Positions 53,881-64,000 of a stretch of 64,000 bases of DNA are shown piece by piece. Every line of letters starts with the position of its first letter. Positions within the stretch are counted from its first letter, which is position 1. The stretch lies in assembly GCA_016700035.1 (NCBI GenBank), contig CP064998.1, positions 791,551 through 855,550 on the forward strand. Reading direction: 5' to 3'. The notes under the pieces were generated by a model. It saw only the letters and a list, made by a program, of their open reading frames with translations, made no database searches and was not told the DNA's origin. The position numbers and the translations under genes were made by a program. The DNA is from a bacterium (GTDB taxonomy: Bacteria > Patescibacteriota > Saccharimonadia > CAILAD01 > GCA-016700035).

Positions 53881-55779
53881 CTACCTTACCATCTTTCCAT
53901 AGAATTTATCTAGACCGGCTATCATCTTTTGGATTTGGTAATTTTTCAAATAATTCTCTCGCGCTGATTCTGCGTATTTCTCACGCCTTTCTAATATCCG
54001 ACTAATTTCCTTAGCAAAACTATCAGCTCTCGACTTAGATACACATACTCCACCACCAGAGCTTAATACAGCTTCAACGTCGCCAACCTTTGTCGATACA
54101 ACTGGCACACCTGCGGCTAATGCTTCAAGCACCACTAATGGCATTGCCTCACTTTCCGAAGTTAAGCATAGTAATTTTGCCTTGCGATAGATCTCTTTAG
54201 TATCATCAACAAAGCCCTTTATATAAACGTTATTAATATTTCTTTCTTTAATTATACTTAGAAGCTCATCTCTATATCCTCCATCGCCATACATACAAAA
54301 TGATTCCTGTGGCATTTTTTTTGCTATCTCTAAAAATAAATCAGGATTTTTATCATTTTTTTCTAACCGACCGACCCAAATTATTTCATTACACACTCTA
54401 TTCGCTTTAAGCTTAGTTAAACCTTCACCATCTACTCCATTAGGTATATTTATAATCCTATCTGAGGTCAGTCCTAACTTCTTAAGGTCAGGATTTAATA
54501 CTTTTGCCACAGCAATAGTGGCATTAAGACGCATAGCTATCTTCTTTGTAAAGTTCAATTGGATACCTTTTAGTTGAAGTCGCGAATGTGCAGTAAAGAT
54601 AATTGGTGCAGTACCATTGAAAAATCGTGTTAACACATCATCAAGCTGCTGCATATGAACCAGATCGACATGCTTCAGCCTGAGTGACCTTAGCCATAAA
54701 GACTGCACCATATACGACCCTCTTAAACCTAATGAATATACCCAGTCTGGCAGATTAATCCTACGATAGGTGAGTCCATCCCCGAATTTATCATGTAATT
54801 GGCGCGGGGCAAGTAAAATAAAGTTATATTTTAGATGCAGATGCCTAATTATTTGTTGAACATATATTTCTCCACCACCAATAGACTTCGCTGTAGATAT
54901 TAGTAATATAGTTTTTTTATCACGGTCATTATTTATTGAACTAATAAATAATATTCTTTTAATAATCTTCTTTGCTTCTCTAGGTAGCCAATAATATATG
55001 TGGGCTATAACAGCGCCAAATACTCGAAAATCAAACATACTTAGCTTAAACTGACCCAACCGATACCATAAAAAATTTAGCTTCATCTTAGCCATACGCC
55101 AGTCAAAATCTATAACCTGTGCTACCGCCATAGTAGAGCTATCATGCTGTCGATATAAATATAAAAACTCTGGTATTTTTGCCAATTTGATACCGTCGCT
55201 AATCATCCTGAGCCACAATTCATAATCTTCAGCCGCCTTGATATTTCGGTATTGGTAGTGCTTGATATTTTTTGCTCTGAATATTGTTGGTGCGTGACTA
55301 AAACAATTTTTATAGGCAATTGTATTTCTGATCTGCTCAGGTGTCTTAACATTAACATCATCTTCCCAGGCACCAATTGGCTTACCGCTTGAATCAACAT
55401 TTTGAACGAAGCTACTTACTGCACCTATATCATGGTGTCCCTCTAAATAATCTACCTGTTTCTCGAATCGTTCTGGCAAACTAATATCATCAGCATCCAT
55501 CATAGCGATATATTTACCTCTTGCCAGTGCAATTCCAGCGTTTCGCGCAAGAGCTTGACCTTTGTTTTCTCGGCTAATTAACACTATACGTGGATCTTTG
55601 TAGCTCTTAATAATTTTGAGCGTATTATCGGTCGATCCATCATTAATGATGATAAACTCAAAATCAGTGAAGGTTTGATTGAGGATAGAATCTATCGCTT
55701 CACGTAAATATTTCTCACCGTTATATACACTCATTACAACGGAGACGAGAGGTGTTTTGGATCTAATTTTTGACTTCAT
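53881..55779 (-). CDS. Two-domain glycosyltransferase (N-terminal GT2 + C-terminal GT4)
   Basis: N-terminal VSVVMSVYNGEKYLREAIDSILNQ...MDADD. The C-terminus has E(A)MPLVVLEALAAGVPVV. Confidence 0.75.
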   Translation of the reverse strand: MKSKIRSKTPLVSVVMSVYNGEKYLREAIDSILNQTFTDFEFIIINDGSTDNTLKIIKSYKDPRIVLISRENKGQALARNAGIALARGKYIAMMDADDISLPERFEKQVDYLEGHHDIGAVSSFVQNVDSSGKPIGAWEDDVNVKTPEQIRNTIAYKNCFSHAPTIFRAKNIKHYQYRNIKAAEDYELWLRMISDGIKLAKIPEFLYLYRQHDSSTMAVAQVIDFDWRMAKMKLNFLWYRLGQFKLSMFDFRVFGAVIAHIYYWLPREAKKIIKRILFISSINNDRDKKTILLISTAKSIGGGEIYVQQIIRHLHLKYNFILLAPRQLHDKFGDGLTYRRINLPDWVYSLGLRGSYMVQSLWLRSLRLKHVDLVHMQQLDDVLTRFFNGTAPIIFTAHSRLQLKGIQLNFTKKIAMRLNATIAVAKVLNPDLKKLGLTSDRIINIPNGVDGEGLTKLKANRVCNEIIWVGRLEKNDKNPDLFLEIAKKMPQESFCMYGDGGYRDELLSIIKERNINNVYIKGFVDDTKEIYRKAKLLCLTSESEAMPLVVLEALAAGVPVVSTKVGDVEAVLSSGGGVCVSKSRADSFAKEISRILERREKYAESARENYLKNYQIQKMIAGLDKFYGKMVR

Positions 55780-56716
55780 CTCTATAGCTCGCGACTAATT
55801 TTAATATTATCTTTATCTTTATTGATAGTAGTTTATTTATTAAGGTATCATCTCTAATATCTTGCAATACCCCTGTTGCCAATCCAACTATATAGTTTTT
55901 TGTTGAATAATTTGGCAATAGCTTTTTACCACTCTTTTGTAGATATAGTAGTTTTATATAGAGAGATAACCTATTTAGCCCGATAATATCTTTGCGTATC
56001 TTACCAGAAATTATGACAGTTTGCTGATTTTGTAATTCCTTATTTGTGTCAGAGATACCCTGACTATTAATACGATACCTCAATAAAACTTCCGGTAAGT
56101 TATGAGCGTTGCTTTTATTTACAATCCTACTCCACAAATCATAATCTTCGGCTGGCCACATGGCCTGTTTGTATAAACCAGTTTTTTTGACAGCATTTTT
56201 TCTCATAATCACCGATGGATGAGCAATTATTGAACCCGCCCCGAGTAAGTAATATATTTCATAGCTAGTAATCGGCTTATAAACTATAAGCTCATCTCTA
56301 TTGTTATAAAAAGTTTGAATTTGACTTGCCACCAAATCGATCTCCGGATGTCCCTCCAAATATTCTACTTGTTTCTCGAATCGTTCTGGCAAACTAATAT
56401 CATCGGCATCCATTCGGGCAATGTATTTGCCTCGAGCCTTTTTAATACCCTCATTTAGCGATGCCACCAAGCCTTTGTTTTTACGACTAATTAACACAAT
56501 ACGAGGATCTTTATAGTCCTTAATGATCTTTAGAGTGTCATCGGTCGACCCATCATTAATGATGATAAACTCAAAATCAGTAAAGATTTGATTTAATATA
56601 GAATCTATCGCCTCACGTAAATATTTCTCACCATTATAGACACTCATCACCACGGAGACGAGGGGTGGCTTTGAGATAGGTTTAGGTTTAGGTTTATTCT
56701 TTAAATCTTTTGCCAT
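55763..56716 (-). CDS. Family 2 glycosyltransferase, paralog of the N-domain of the preceding gene
   Basis: About 80% identical over ~110 aa to 53881-55779. Long near-identical DNA stretches are shared. Confidence 0.8.
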   Translation of the reverse strand: MAKDLKNKPKPKPISKPPLVSVVMSVYNGEKYLREAIDSILNQIFTDFEFIIINDGSTDDTLKIIKDYKDPRIVLISRKNKGLVASLNEGIKKARGKYIARMDADDISLPERFEKQVEYLEGHPEIDLVASQIQTFYNNRDELIVYKPITSYEIYYLLGAGSIIAHPSVIMRKNAVKKTGLYKQAMWPAEDYDLWSRIVNKSNAHNLPEVLLRYRINSQGISDTNKELQNQQTVIISGKIRKDIIGLNRLSLYIKLLYLQKSGKKLLPNYSTKNYIVGLATGVLQDIRDDTLINKLLSIKIKIILKLVASYRDEVKN

Positions 56717-57537
56717 GACTTTGGTAGAACGTCTTTAGTATTGTTATCCGGCCCAGAAAACCACTGCTTTGGTCCTATTACAATTTTATCAGAGTTTGTA
56801 TTAAGCCACGCTCCCCACCAAGAAAAGCTTGAATTAGCAATAATATTATGTCGACACTCACACATCAGCCGCATATCTTCCGCGCCATCAGTATTGTGGG
56901 AAATATATGTAGTAGCCTGAGTAAATTTTAAATTCTTCTTACACCAATCGGGGTCATCCGAAAATACATACAGATTTGGATTTTTTACTTGCTTTGATAT
57001 TTTACCAACTGCTGCCTTATAGTAATCCACACCCGTCAAGCCATGAAATTTTGCTGCGTTTTTATTTGAGACATAATCACCACGACGGACATGCACTGAA
57101 ACACTTGAAGCATCTTTTTTAATCACATTAAGTAATTCTTTATTTTTCCCGGTAGGATCTTTAGCCCAAGAAAAATCTTGCAATAGAATATTGTGAATAT
57201 TTTTGAAATACCTCTCACTCTGAAAATAGCCATTTAGTACAGTATTTTTGGGTAGATTTACAAATACCGGATCATAATGAAAGTGTGGTTCAGTATATTT
57301 TTTTGCTAGACGAGATTGTATTTTTTGACGGGCCGTATTTTGAAATTTTTCTGTCCCCTTATCTAGAGAGAAGCAGTCCAACTCATAGTGCCTTGGCGTT
57401 GTAGTTTCATCAAAACTCTGCTCAAACCAAGATAAGTCCAGTAGCACATTTGTATGATTGCGTTCCGCCAAAGCACGCGCAGCAGCATATTGGAACATCT
57501 GATTGCCGAGACCGCCTTGGAGCTGGACTAGTATCAC
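56701..57537 (-). CDS. Alpha-1,2-fucosyltransferase (GT11)
   Basis: The N-terminus LQGGLGNQMFQYAAARALA is the hallmark motif I of GT11 FutC/WbsJ-type enzymes. Confidence 0.8.
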   Translation of the reverse strand: MILVQLQGGLGNQMFQYAAARALAERNHTNVLLDLSWFEQSFDETTTPRHYELDCFSLDKGTEKFQNTARQKIQSRLAKKYTEPHFHYDPVFVNLPKNTVLNGYFQSERYFKNIHNILLQDFSWAKDPTGKNKELLNVIKKDASSVSVHVRRGDYVSNKNAAKFHGLTGVDYYKAAVGKISKQVKNPNLYVFSDDPDWCKKNLKFTQATTYISHNTDGAEDMRLMCECRHNIIANSSFSWWGAWLNTNSDKIVIGPKQWFSGPDNNTKDVLPKSWQKI

Positions 57538-58250
57538 CGACGTTTTTTCCTAGCTAAGACATGGATGCCATGCGAGTGTAATTCTTCCGAGCCACTATTC
57601 TTTGATGACGCATCTTCCATCGTGGACAATAATTTATTCAAGGCTAATTGATCACTCTTTTTCCAAGAAGCACCTTTTGAATATTCATTGATAATATGTG
57701 GTATGCGCCTCATCTCCTGCGCAACAGCTTCAAACCAATTGCCGTTAAAATCTAAGTCCTCTATCTTAAAACCAAAATCTGCAAGATATTTCTCATACCA
57801 ATAATGACTATACCCATTGTAGAAGTAATAGGGTGCAAAATGCGTTAACGATGAAACTGGAGCAGTTAGTACTAAATACCCACCAGGCTTGATAATTCGT
57901 GCAAACTCTTTAATTGCCTCAACAGGATGAGGAATATGCTCTAGAACCTCAATACACATAACAGCATCAAATTCATTGTCTTTAACCGGAATACTTGCTA
58001 TATCGGATACTATATCTAGCTTTGAGTTATCCCAACTTTGTGTCTGCAGTCCATTATCATTACCCCTACCGTCATATTGTCCAAAATCTTGACTGGTATA
58101 TTTGAGGTGTTCACAAAATTTCTTATACTGCAGCTCACCCGCCCCGGCATCTAAAATATGCTTTCCTTTTGGTATCTTCTTTAAAGTAGCCTCAAGCCAC
58201 TCTTCTCTATTGCTTTGATTTTTTGTGCCTACCCTAGATTTACTGAACAT
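57534..58250 (-). CDS. Class I SAM-dependent methyltransferase
   Basis: ILDAGAGELQ is motif I. DAVMCIEVLEHIPHP...IIKPGGYLVL. Confidence 0.75.
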   Translation of the reverse strand: MFSKSRVGTKNQSNREEWLEATLKKIPKGKHILDAGAGELQYKKFCEHLKYTSQDFGQYDGRGNDNGLQTQSWDNSKLDIVSDIASIPVKDNEFDAVMCIEVLEHIPHPVEAIKEFARIIKPGGYLVLTAPVSSLTHFAPYYFYNGYSHYWYEKYLADFGFKIEDLDFNGNWFEAVAQEMRRIPHIINEYSKGASWKKSDQLALNKLLSTMEDASSKNSGSEELHSHGIHVLARKKRR

Positions 58251-58268
58251 ATAATACCTCTTAAGATT

Positions 58269-58970
58269 TTATTCTTTAACAAAATGATATAACCCCAATG
58301 CATATTTTTGGTTGGCCAACTGCTTAGTCGTGGCTCTCTCTATATATCGGCCATCATCCATAACAGCCGAAAGTTGCTTGAGTTTTAGTGGCTTACACAA
58401 ATCTACTACTTTAGCTGGGTTAGTAACTCGATGTGCATTAAAATAAGTCACCTCCTTGCCAACCGGTAGCGATAAGTAGAGATTACCATTCTTAGCAATA
58501 GCTTCTGTAAGCGCAGTAATTGCTTTTGTGGTACCCTCTGGGTCTAATGGGTCGCCATATCGACCTAGCCCGACATGCTCAACGACATGCAAGCAGCTAA
58601 GTGATAAAACTGAGTTTGGCTTAAATGGCAAATCTAAGACTGATCCAGCCTTAGGTGATAGCCCTGGAATATCCAATCTAGCGGGACGAATATCAACAAA
58701 CTCTGTAGGTTGTAGGGCAGAAAAAAAACCTAAATACGTCACCCAAGAACCAACATCTATATGCTTTTTGGGTTTAGCTTGGATTAATTTCCTCATCACC
58801 CATGGCCCCTGATATGTATAATGTGCATCAAACCCAGTTTCAGTCGTACGATCATCTAGCTGTGGAAATTTTTCAATTTCTATATTCATATCCAAGCTAG
58901 ATATCAATTTATGATAAGATTCTAATTCTTTTTTGTAATTTCTGACTTCTTTTCTAAACTGTTTATACAT
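58269..58970 (-). CDS. Methyltransferase-like protein (class I SAM MT fold, divergent)
   Basis: VDIRPA...DLPFKPNSVLSLSCLHVVEHVGLGRYGD resembles the MT fold weakly. Confidence 0.45.
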   Translation of the reverse strand: MYKQFRKEVRNYKKELESYHKLISSLDMNIEIEKFPQLDDRTTETGFDAHYTYQGPWVMRKLIQAKPKKHIDVGSWVTYLGFFSALQPTEFVDIRPARLDIPGLSPKAGSVLDLPFKPNSVLSLSCLHVVEHVGLGRYGDPLDPEGTTKAITALTEAIAKNGNLYLSLPVGKEVTYFNAHRVTNPAKVVDLCKPLKLKQLSAVMDDGRYIERATTKQLANQKYALGLYHFVKE

Positions 58971-58981
58971 TAGTCACACCT

Positions 58982-59677
58982 CTAACTCACTAATTTTTTT
59001 AGCAGTAATTTCAATCGTCTACGCTTACCGATGTATCCTTGATTTACGCTATAAACTTCAATACTATTGTCTATAAAAGCAATTTTACTCACGGTATCCA
59101 CTTCTTCTATACCAAATTTCTTAGACCACTCAAACCCTTCAAACATAATATCTTTTAAACTATCAACTAATTCTACGTGTCCCTTCTCTAAAGATTCACG
59201 CATTATTTTCTGAACCGGCGAAAACTCTTGCAGATTAGTTTTAGATTTTGGCAAATACCTCATGGTACTTGAAGCGTGATCGAATTTCATAAAATTTAAA
59301 TGCACATCAAAATTGTAAAGATATTCATAGTATATTGTGGGGTATTCAATATACCCACTCTTTGAAACCCTAAACATCTCTGATAAGAATTTTTTCACAT
59401 CAGGCACATGCTCTATTACATGTGAACATATTACATAGTCAAATTCATTATCCTTAAAAGGAAATTTTTTTCCATCATAGTACACAACTTTACCATTAAG
59501 AATAGGTTTTTGAGCGTACCCACGCTGGGCTGCCAATTCTTTTTCAGATAACTTCAATTCTAGATAAATATCAGATCTATTAAATGGATTACCGCCCGGC
59601 CCTATTTCAAGAACTTTATCACCATCTTTTATGCTTTTTACTTTGTTTGGAAATTGCATTATTTTGATATATTCCAA
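58982..59677 (-). CDS. Class I SAM-dependent methyltransferase
   Basis: VLEIGPGGNP, FDYVICSHVIEHVPD and a Methyltransf_23-like pattern. Confidence 0.7.
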   Translation of the reverse strand: MEYIKIMQFPNKVKSIKDGDKVLEIGPGGNPFNRSDIYLELKLSEKELAAQRGYAQKPILNGKVVYYDGKKFPFKDNEFDYVICSHVIEHVPDVKKFLSEMFRVSKSGYIEYPTIYYEYLYNFDVHLNFMKFDHASSTMRYLPKSKTNLQEFSPVQKIMRESLEKGHVELVDSLKDIMFEGFEWSKKFGIEEVDTVSKIAFIDNSIEVYSVNQGYIGKRRRLKLLLKKLVS

Positions 59678-60939
59678 TCAAGTACTGGAGCTATAATACC
59701 AGGTCGCTTATCTTGCCAATATGGCGAATTACTCAACCCACCCTTAATAGAAAAGCTTAATGTTGGCACATTACCACCTGGCTCAAGTAACCATCTTTGA
59801 TTATGTAAGCTAGCCAAAATCTCAATAATATAATCACCCTCATTTAGTATATTTGTCGGAAACACTGTTTGTGCTTCAAAACTTCCTGTAGGCATACTCT
59901 TGTCTTTTTCGTCATTGGCCATATCGGTAGTAAATGTCCAAAAAATAATATTACCATCTATATCATAAACTGCTAAGCCAATATTGAGGCTGGCACTTTG
60001 TTTATAAATTTTACCAGTAACTTTTACTGTAATCTCTTGATTATTACGAACACTGCCTTTTACAAGATGGTTTTTAAAAGATAAGCTAGCTTTTGATATC
60101 TCCAGATACTCATTCTTATCAAGATTATATTCTTTTGTCGTCCAAATAGATCTATTCTCACCATTGAAACTCATGTAGTCTTGAATGACTGTATTGATAT
60201 TACCTGTCGATTCAATCTTACCATCTTTAATAAATATACCCTTTGTGCACAGTTTTCGAACCGAGTCCATACTATGGCTCACAAACAGCACCGTTCTGCC
60301 TTGCCCTGCCACATCGCGCATCTTCCCTAAACACTTCTTTTGAAAAGCCGCATCACCCACAGCTAACACTTCATCAACTATTAAGATATCTGGATCGAGA
60401 TGAGCTGCTACCGCAAATGCAAGCCGCACATACATACCCGATGAATAAAACTTTACCGGTGTATCCAAAAACTTTTCTACTTCTGAAAAAGCAACAATTT
60501 CATCAAACTTAGATTGTATCTCTTTACGCGTCATGCCGAGTATAGCACCATTAAAATAAACATTTTCTCGTCCAGTCAGCTCTGGATGAAAGCCAGTACC
60601 AACCTCCAAAAGGCTAGCTACCCGACCCCGCATAATCACTTCCCCCTTGGTGGGCTCAACGATGCGCGAGAGCACCTTTAGTAGTGTCGATTTACCCGAT
60701 CCATTGCGACCAATAATACCAACTACATCACCGCGCTCTATCTTAAGATTTACGTCCTTTAGCGCCCAAAACTTTTCTTTTTTAAGCTGATGACCGGTGA
60801 TTAGCTCGATTGGCTTTCGCACCATATTAGTAAGAGAATCTCGAAAAGTCATCGTACCAGCCATTGCTTCTTTTTCATGACCAATCATGTATGCCTTGGA
60901 AAGACCTTTAATTTCAATAGCTGGTTTAATTTTGCTCAT
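59659..60939 (-). CDS. wzt: Polysaccharide ABC exporter ATP-binding protein Wzt with C-terminal carbohydrate-binding extension
   Basis: NBD motifs GRNGSGKSTLLK, YSSGMYVRLAFA and ILIVDE. An extra beta-rich C-terminal domain of about 170 aa. Confidence 0.85.
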   Translation of the reverse strand: MSKIKPAIEIKGLSKAYMIGHEKEAMAGTMTFRDSLTNMVRKPIELITGHQLKKEKFWALKDVNLKIERGDVVGIIGRNGSGKSTLLKVLSRIVEPTKGEVIMRGRVASLLEVGTGFHPELTGRENVYFNGAILGMTRKEIQSKFDEIVAFSEVEKFLDTPVKFYSSGMYVRLAFAVAAHLDPDILIVDEVLAVGDAAFQKKCLGKMRDVAGQGRTVLFVSHSMDSVRKLCTKGIFIKDGKIESTGNINTVIQDYMSFNGENRSIWTTKEYNLDKNEYLEISKASLSFKNHLVKGSVRNNQEITVKVTGKIYKQSASLNIGLAVYDIDGNIIFWTFTTDMANDEKDKSMPTGSFEAQTVFPTNILNEGDYIIEILASLHNQRWLLEPGGNVPTLSFSIKGGLSNSPYWQDKRPGIIAPVLDWNISK

Positions 60940-61760
60940 ATAATATCCGCAAATTCCTTTTCGCGACCCTTAAAGTAATACAGGCCACCAATAAATAATA
61001 GTACTGCCACAATTACCGATAGGGCCGTGAGAGGCCAATCAATTTCTCCGGCGCCCAGAAAACTCGCTCGCATAGCATTAATCACACCGGTCATTGGATT
61101 TAAATATAGTAGCCACTGAAAGCGCTCTGGGATAGCCGTAACAGGATAAATAACCGGTGTGAGAAAAAGACCAAGCTGTATTAAAAATGGCAGAGCTTGC
61201 TTCACGTCACGATACTTTACATTAACTGCAGCTAGAAATAGACCTGGGCCAGTGGCGGCCAGAAACGTCACAAAAATAGCTGGAATAACCAGTAAAATTC
61301 CAAGCAAAGATGGTGTAAATTGAAAATAAATCATCAGCCCAACAAAAATAATTGAGGCAAAACAGAAATCTATGAACGAAACAATTGTTGAAGAGATTGG
61401 CGGAATAATACGCGGGAAATACACCTTGGTAACCACCGCTTGATTATCTACCAGGCTATTGGCCGAACGCTGCAAGGCTTGCGAAAAATAGTTCCAAAAC
61501 AAAAGGCCAGTGTAGGAAAAAATCGCATACGGGACGGCTGAGCCAGTTTCGATACCGACCGCCTTATTGAAGAACAGTGTAAACACCACCATCTGGATAA
61601 ATGGTTGTAAGACTGCCCATAGAATACCGATGGCGGTTTGCTTGTAGCGAACCTTAACATCGCGCCAAGCAAAGTAGAAGAAGAGCTCGCGGTATTCCTT
61701 GAGCTCCTTCCAGTCGATCGCAAGTCGTTTCTTAGGACGAATAACTACAACGTGTTCCAT
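60936..61760 (-). CDS. wzm: Polysaccharide ABC exporter permease Wzm (ABC-2)
   Basis: 6 TM helices and ABC-2 family layout. It overlaps wzt by 4 nt. Confidence 0.8.
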   Translation of the reverse strand: MEHVVVIRPKKRLAIDWKELKEYRELFFYFAWRDVKVRYKQTAIGILWAVLQPFIQMVVFTLFFNKAVGIETGSAVPYAIFSYTGLLFWNYFSQALQRSANSLVDNQAVVTKVYFPRIIPPISSTIVSFIDFCFASIIFVGLMIYFQFTPSLLGILLVIPAIFVTFLAATGPGLFLAAVNVKYRDVKQALPFLIQLGLFLTPVIYPVTAIPERFQWLLYLNPMTGVINAMRASFLGAGEIDWPLTALSVIVAVLLFIGGLYYFKGREKEFADII

Positions 61761-61776
61761 CTAGTAGATAATTATA

Positions 61777-62739
<963 letters not shown>

Positions 62740-62774
62740 CTAGATTGTATCAAGATAAGGCGCCGTAAAGCTAC

Positions 62775-64000
62775 TTATGGACGATTAACCCTTATATCTA
62801 TAAACGTACCCGGGTCATTCATCATTGCACCACCCTCAACAATTGGCTGGAAGAATTCGCGGTATACACCCGGCCTGAGAACTTCAGCAGACCACAAGTT
62901 GAAGTTGTATTGAACAATCTGACCTGGCTGAGCTACTGCTTGATTTGCAGCTAGTGTTGTTCCATCTGCTTCATATACTGCCGCAAAACGGGTAGATGCA
63001 CGGTTCTGATCACGATTCCATAGTGTGCCAAGTAGACTATAGCGATTCACCGACCTTCCGGTAGACAAGACTACTGGCTTCGTATTATTTGCTACTGCAG
63101 AAGAACTATCATACCAAGGAACATTCCCAGTATTCTTGTATCGCAAGAAGCATGGTGCAGAGCTGTTATTGGCTACCATTGTTGGGTATGCGCACTGGCC
63201 AGCATATTGAGAGGTGTATGTAGGAGATTGTACCCTTATATCTATAAACGTACCCGGGTCATTCATCATTGCACCACCCTCAACAATTGGCTGGAAGAAT
63301 TCGCGGTATACACCCGGCCTGAGAACTTCAGCAGACCACAAGTTGAAGTTGTATTGAACAATCTGACCTGGCTGAGCTACTGCTTGATTTGCAGCTAGTG
63401 TTGTTCCATCTGCTTCATATACTGCCGCAAAACGGGTAGATGCACGGTTCTGATCACGATTCCATAGTGTGCCAAGTAGACTATAGCGATTCACCGACCT
63501 TCCGGTAGACAAGACTACTGGCTTCGTATTATTTGCTACTGCAGAAGAACTATCATACCAAGGAACATTCCCAGTATTCTTGTATCGCAAGAAGCATGGT
63601 GCAGAGCTGTTATTGGCTACCATTGTTGGGTATGCGCACTGGCCAGCATATTGAGAGGTGTATGTAGGCTTCTCTACAGTTATATCCAAATATGTACCAG
63701 GGTTATTCATCGTAGACCAACCCTCAACAATTGGCTGGAAGAATTCGCGGTACACACCCTCTGGAGTAGTGCTATCAACGCCAAAATTAATATTAAATTG
63801 AACAATTTGACCAGATGTAGCTTTATGCTGATTGGCTGCCGGGGTCACACCATCCGCTTCATACACTGCTGCAAAAGTACCAGATGGACGATTTCGATCT
63901 CCACCCCAAGGGTAGCCCACAGAGCTACTGCGATTAAGGGGATTGGAAGTAGCTAAATGTACCGGCTTAGTGCCTACCGGTGCGGTAGATAGTCCAACAT
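62775..64000 (-). CDS. Repeat-containing probable surface protein, 5'-partial (continues beyond window end)
   Basis: The frame is open to the edge. It has two perfect 148-aa repeats plus a diverged third repeat, and a further copy beginning at the edge. The C-terminus is FIDIRVNRP. Confidence 0.6.
   Translation of the reverse strand, partial: VGLSTAPVGTKPVHLATSNPLNRSSSVGYPWGGDRNRPSGTFAAVYEADGVTPAANQHKATSGQIVQFNINFGVDSTTPEGVYREFFQPIVEGWSTMNNPGTYLDITVEKPTYTSQYAGQCAYPTMVANNSSAPCFLRYKNTGNVPWYDSSSAVANNTKPVVLSTGRSVNRYSLLGTLWNRDQNRASTRFAAVYEADGTTLAANQAVAQPGQIVQYNFNLWSAEVLRPGVYREFFQPIVEGGAMMNDPGTFIDIRVQSPTYTSQYAGQCAYPTMVANNSSAPCFLRYKNTGNVPWYDSSSAVANNTKPVVLSTGRSVNRYSLLGTLWNRDQNRASTRFAAVYEADGTTLAANQAVAQPGQIVQYNFNLWSAEVLRPGVYREFFQPIVEGGAMMNDPGTFIDIRVNRP
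62789..63676 (-). repeat. Two perfect tandem copies of a 444-bp (148-codon) unit inside the repeat-protein gene
   Basis: cccttatatctataaacgtacccgggtcattc begins at 62789 and again at 63233. The intervening sequence is identical on inspection. Confidence 0.85.

Noticed and set aside
63207-63956. Plus-strand ORFs MRGVCRRLYPY... inside the repeat gene
   Set aside because: They are repeated only because they shadow the tandem repeat on the coding minus strand.

Overview
This window reads as a compact, gene-dense bacterial chromosome at roughly 45% GC, with short or overlapping gene junctions and many small membrane or secreted hypotheticals. The gene content suggests a Gram-positive-type, possibly CPR/Saccharibacteria-like organism, but that is an inference I cannot check here. 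Contents in order: (1) A type IV pilus operon at 1-4666: pilB 3' end, pilC, a pilin, pilM, pilN, pilO and a small TM protein, with no secretin. (2) ruvB-ruvA and ruvC on the minus strand, separated by a plus-strand WhiB-like 4Cys regulator gene. (3) A PRTase, a YebC-family regulator and ComEC. (4) tRNA-Lys followed by an 18-bp repeat of its own 3' end, then a tandem cluster of three RimK-like ATP-grasp ligases (one fused to a RimK-associated protease-like domain) next to a membrane protein with a poly-lysine tail. (5) An hrcA-grpE-dnaK-(2 inserted genes)-dnaJ operon with two tandem CIRCE operators upstream of hrcA. (6) A secreted CHAP-domain hydrolase. (7) A core block lepA-murJ-ftsH-tilS. (8) A sortase, a secreted NodB-type deacetylase, three CAU-anticodon tRNAs (initiator plus two elongator-type) and a tRNA 5' fragment. 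(9) An ABC exporter with a DUF2207 protein, lexA, and a malic enzyme. (10) An ~18-kb surface-glycan locus at 45.9-64 kb. It carries gmd, fcl, a GT11 alpha-1,2-fucosyltransferase, multiple GT2/GT4 enzymes (one recently duplicated, one frameshifted), three SAM methyltransferases, and a Wzm/Wzt ABC exporter whose Wzt has a C-terminal carbohydrate-binding extension. It also holds an O-antigen-ligase-like protein and a GT-C membrane transferase, and ends in a surface protein made of perfect 444-bp tandem repeats that runs off the window edge. I found no CRISPR array, rRNA or intact mobile element. I think the most novel candidate is the fucosylated, methyl-capped, ABC-exported glycan system with ligase-type transferases next to a repeat surface protein. 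That arrangement resembles a surface-protein O-glycosylation system of the S-layer-glycan type.
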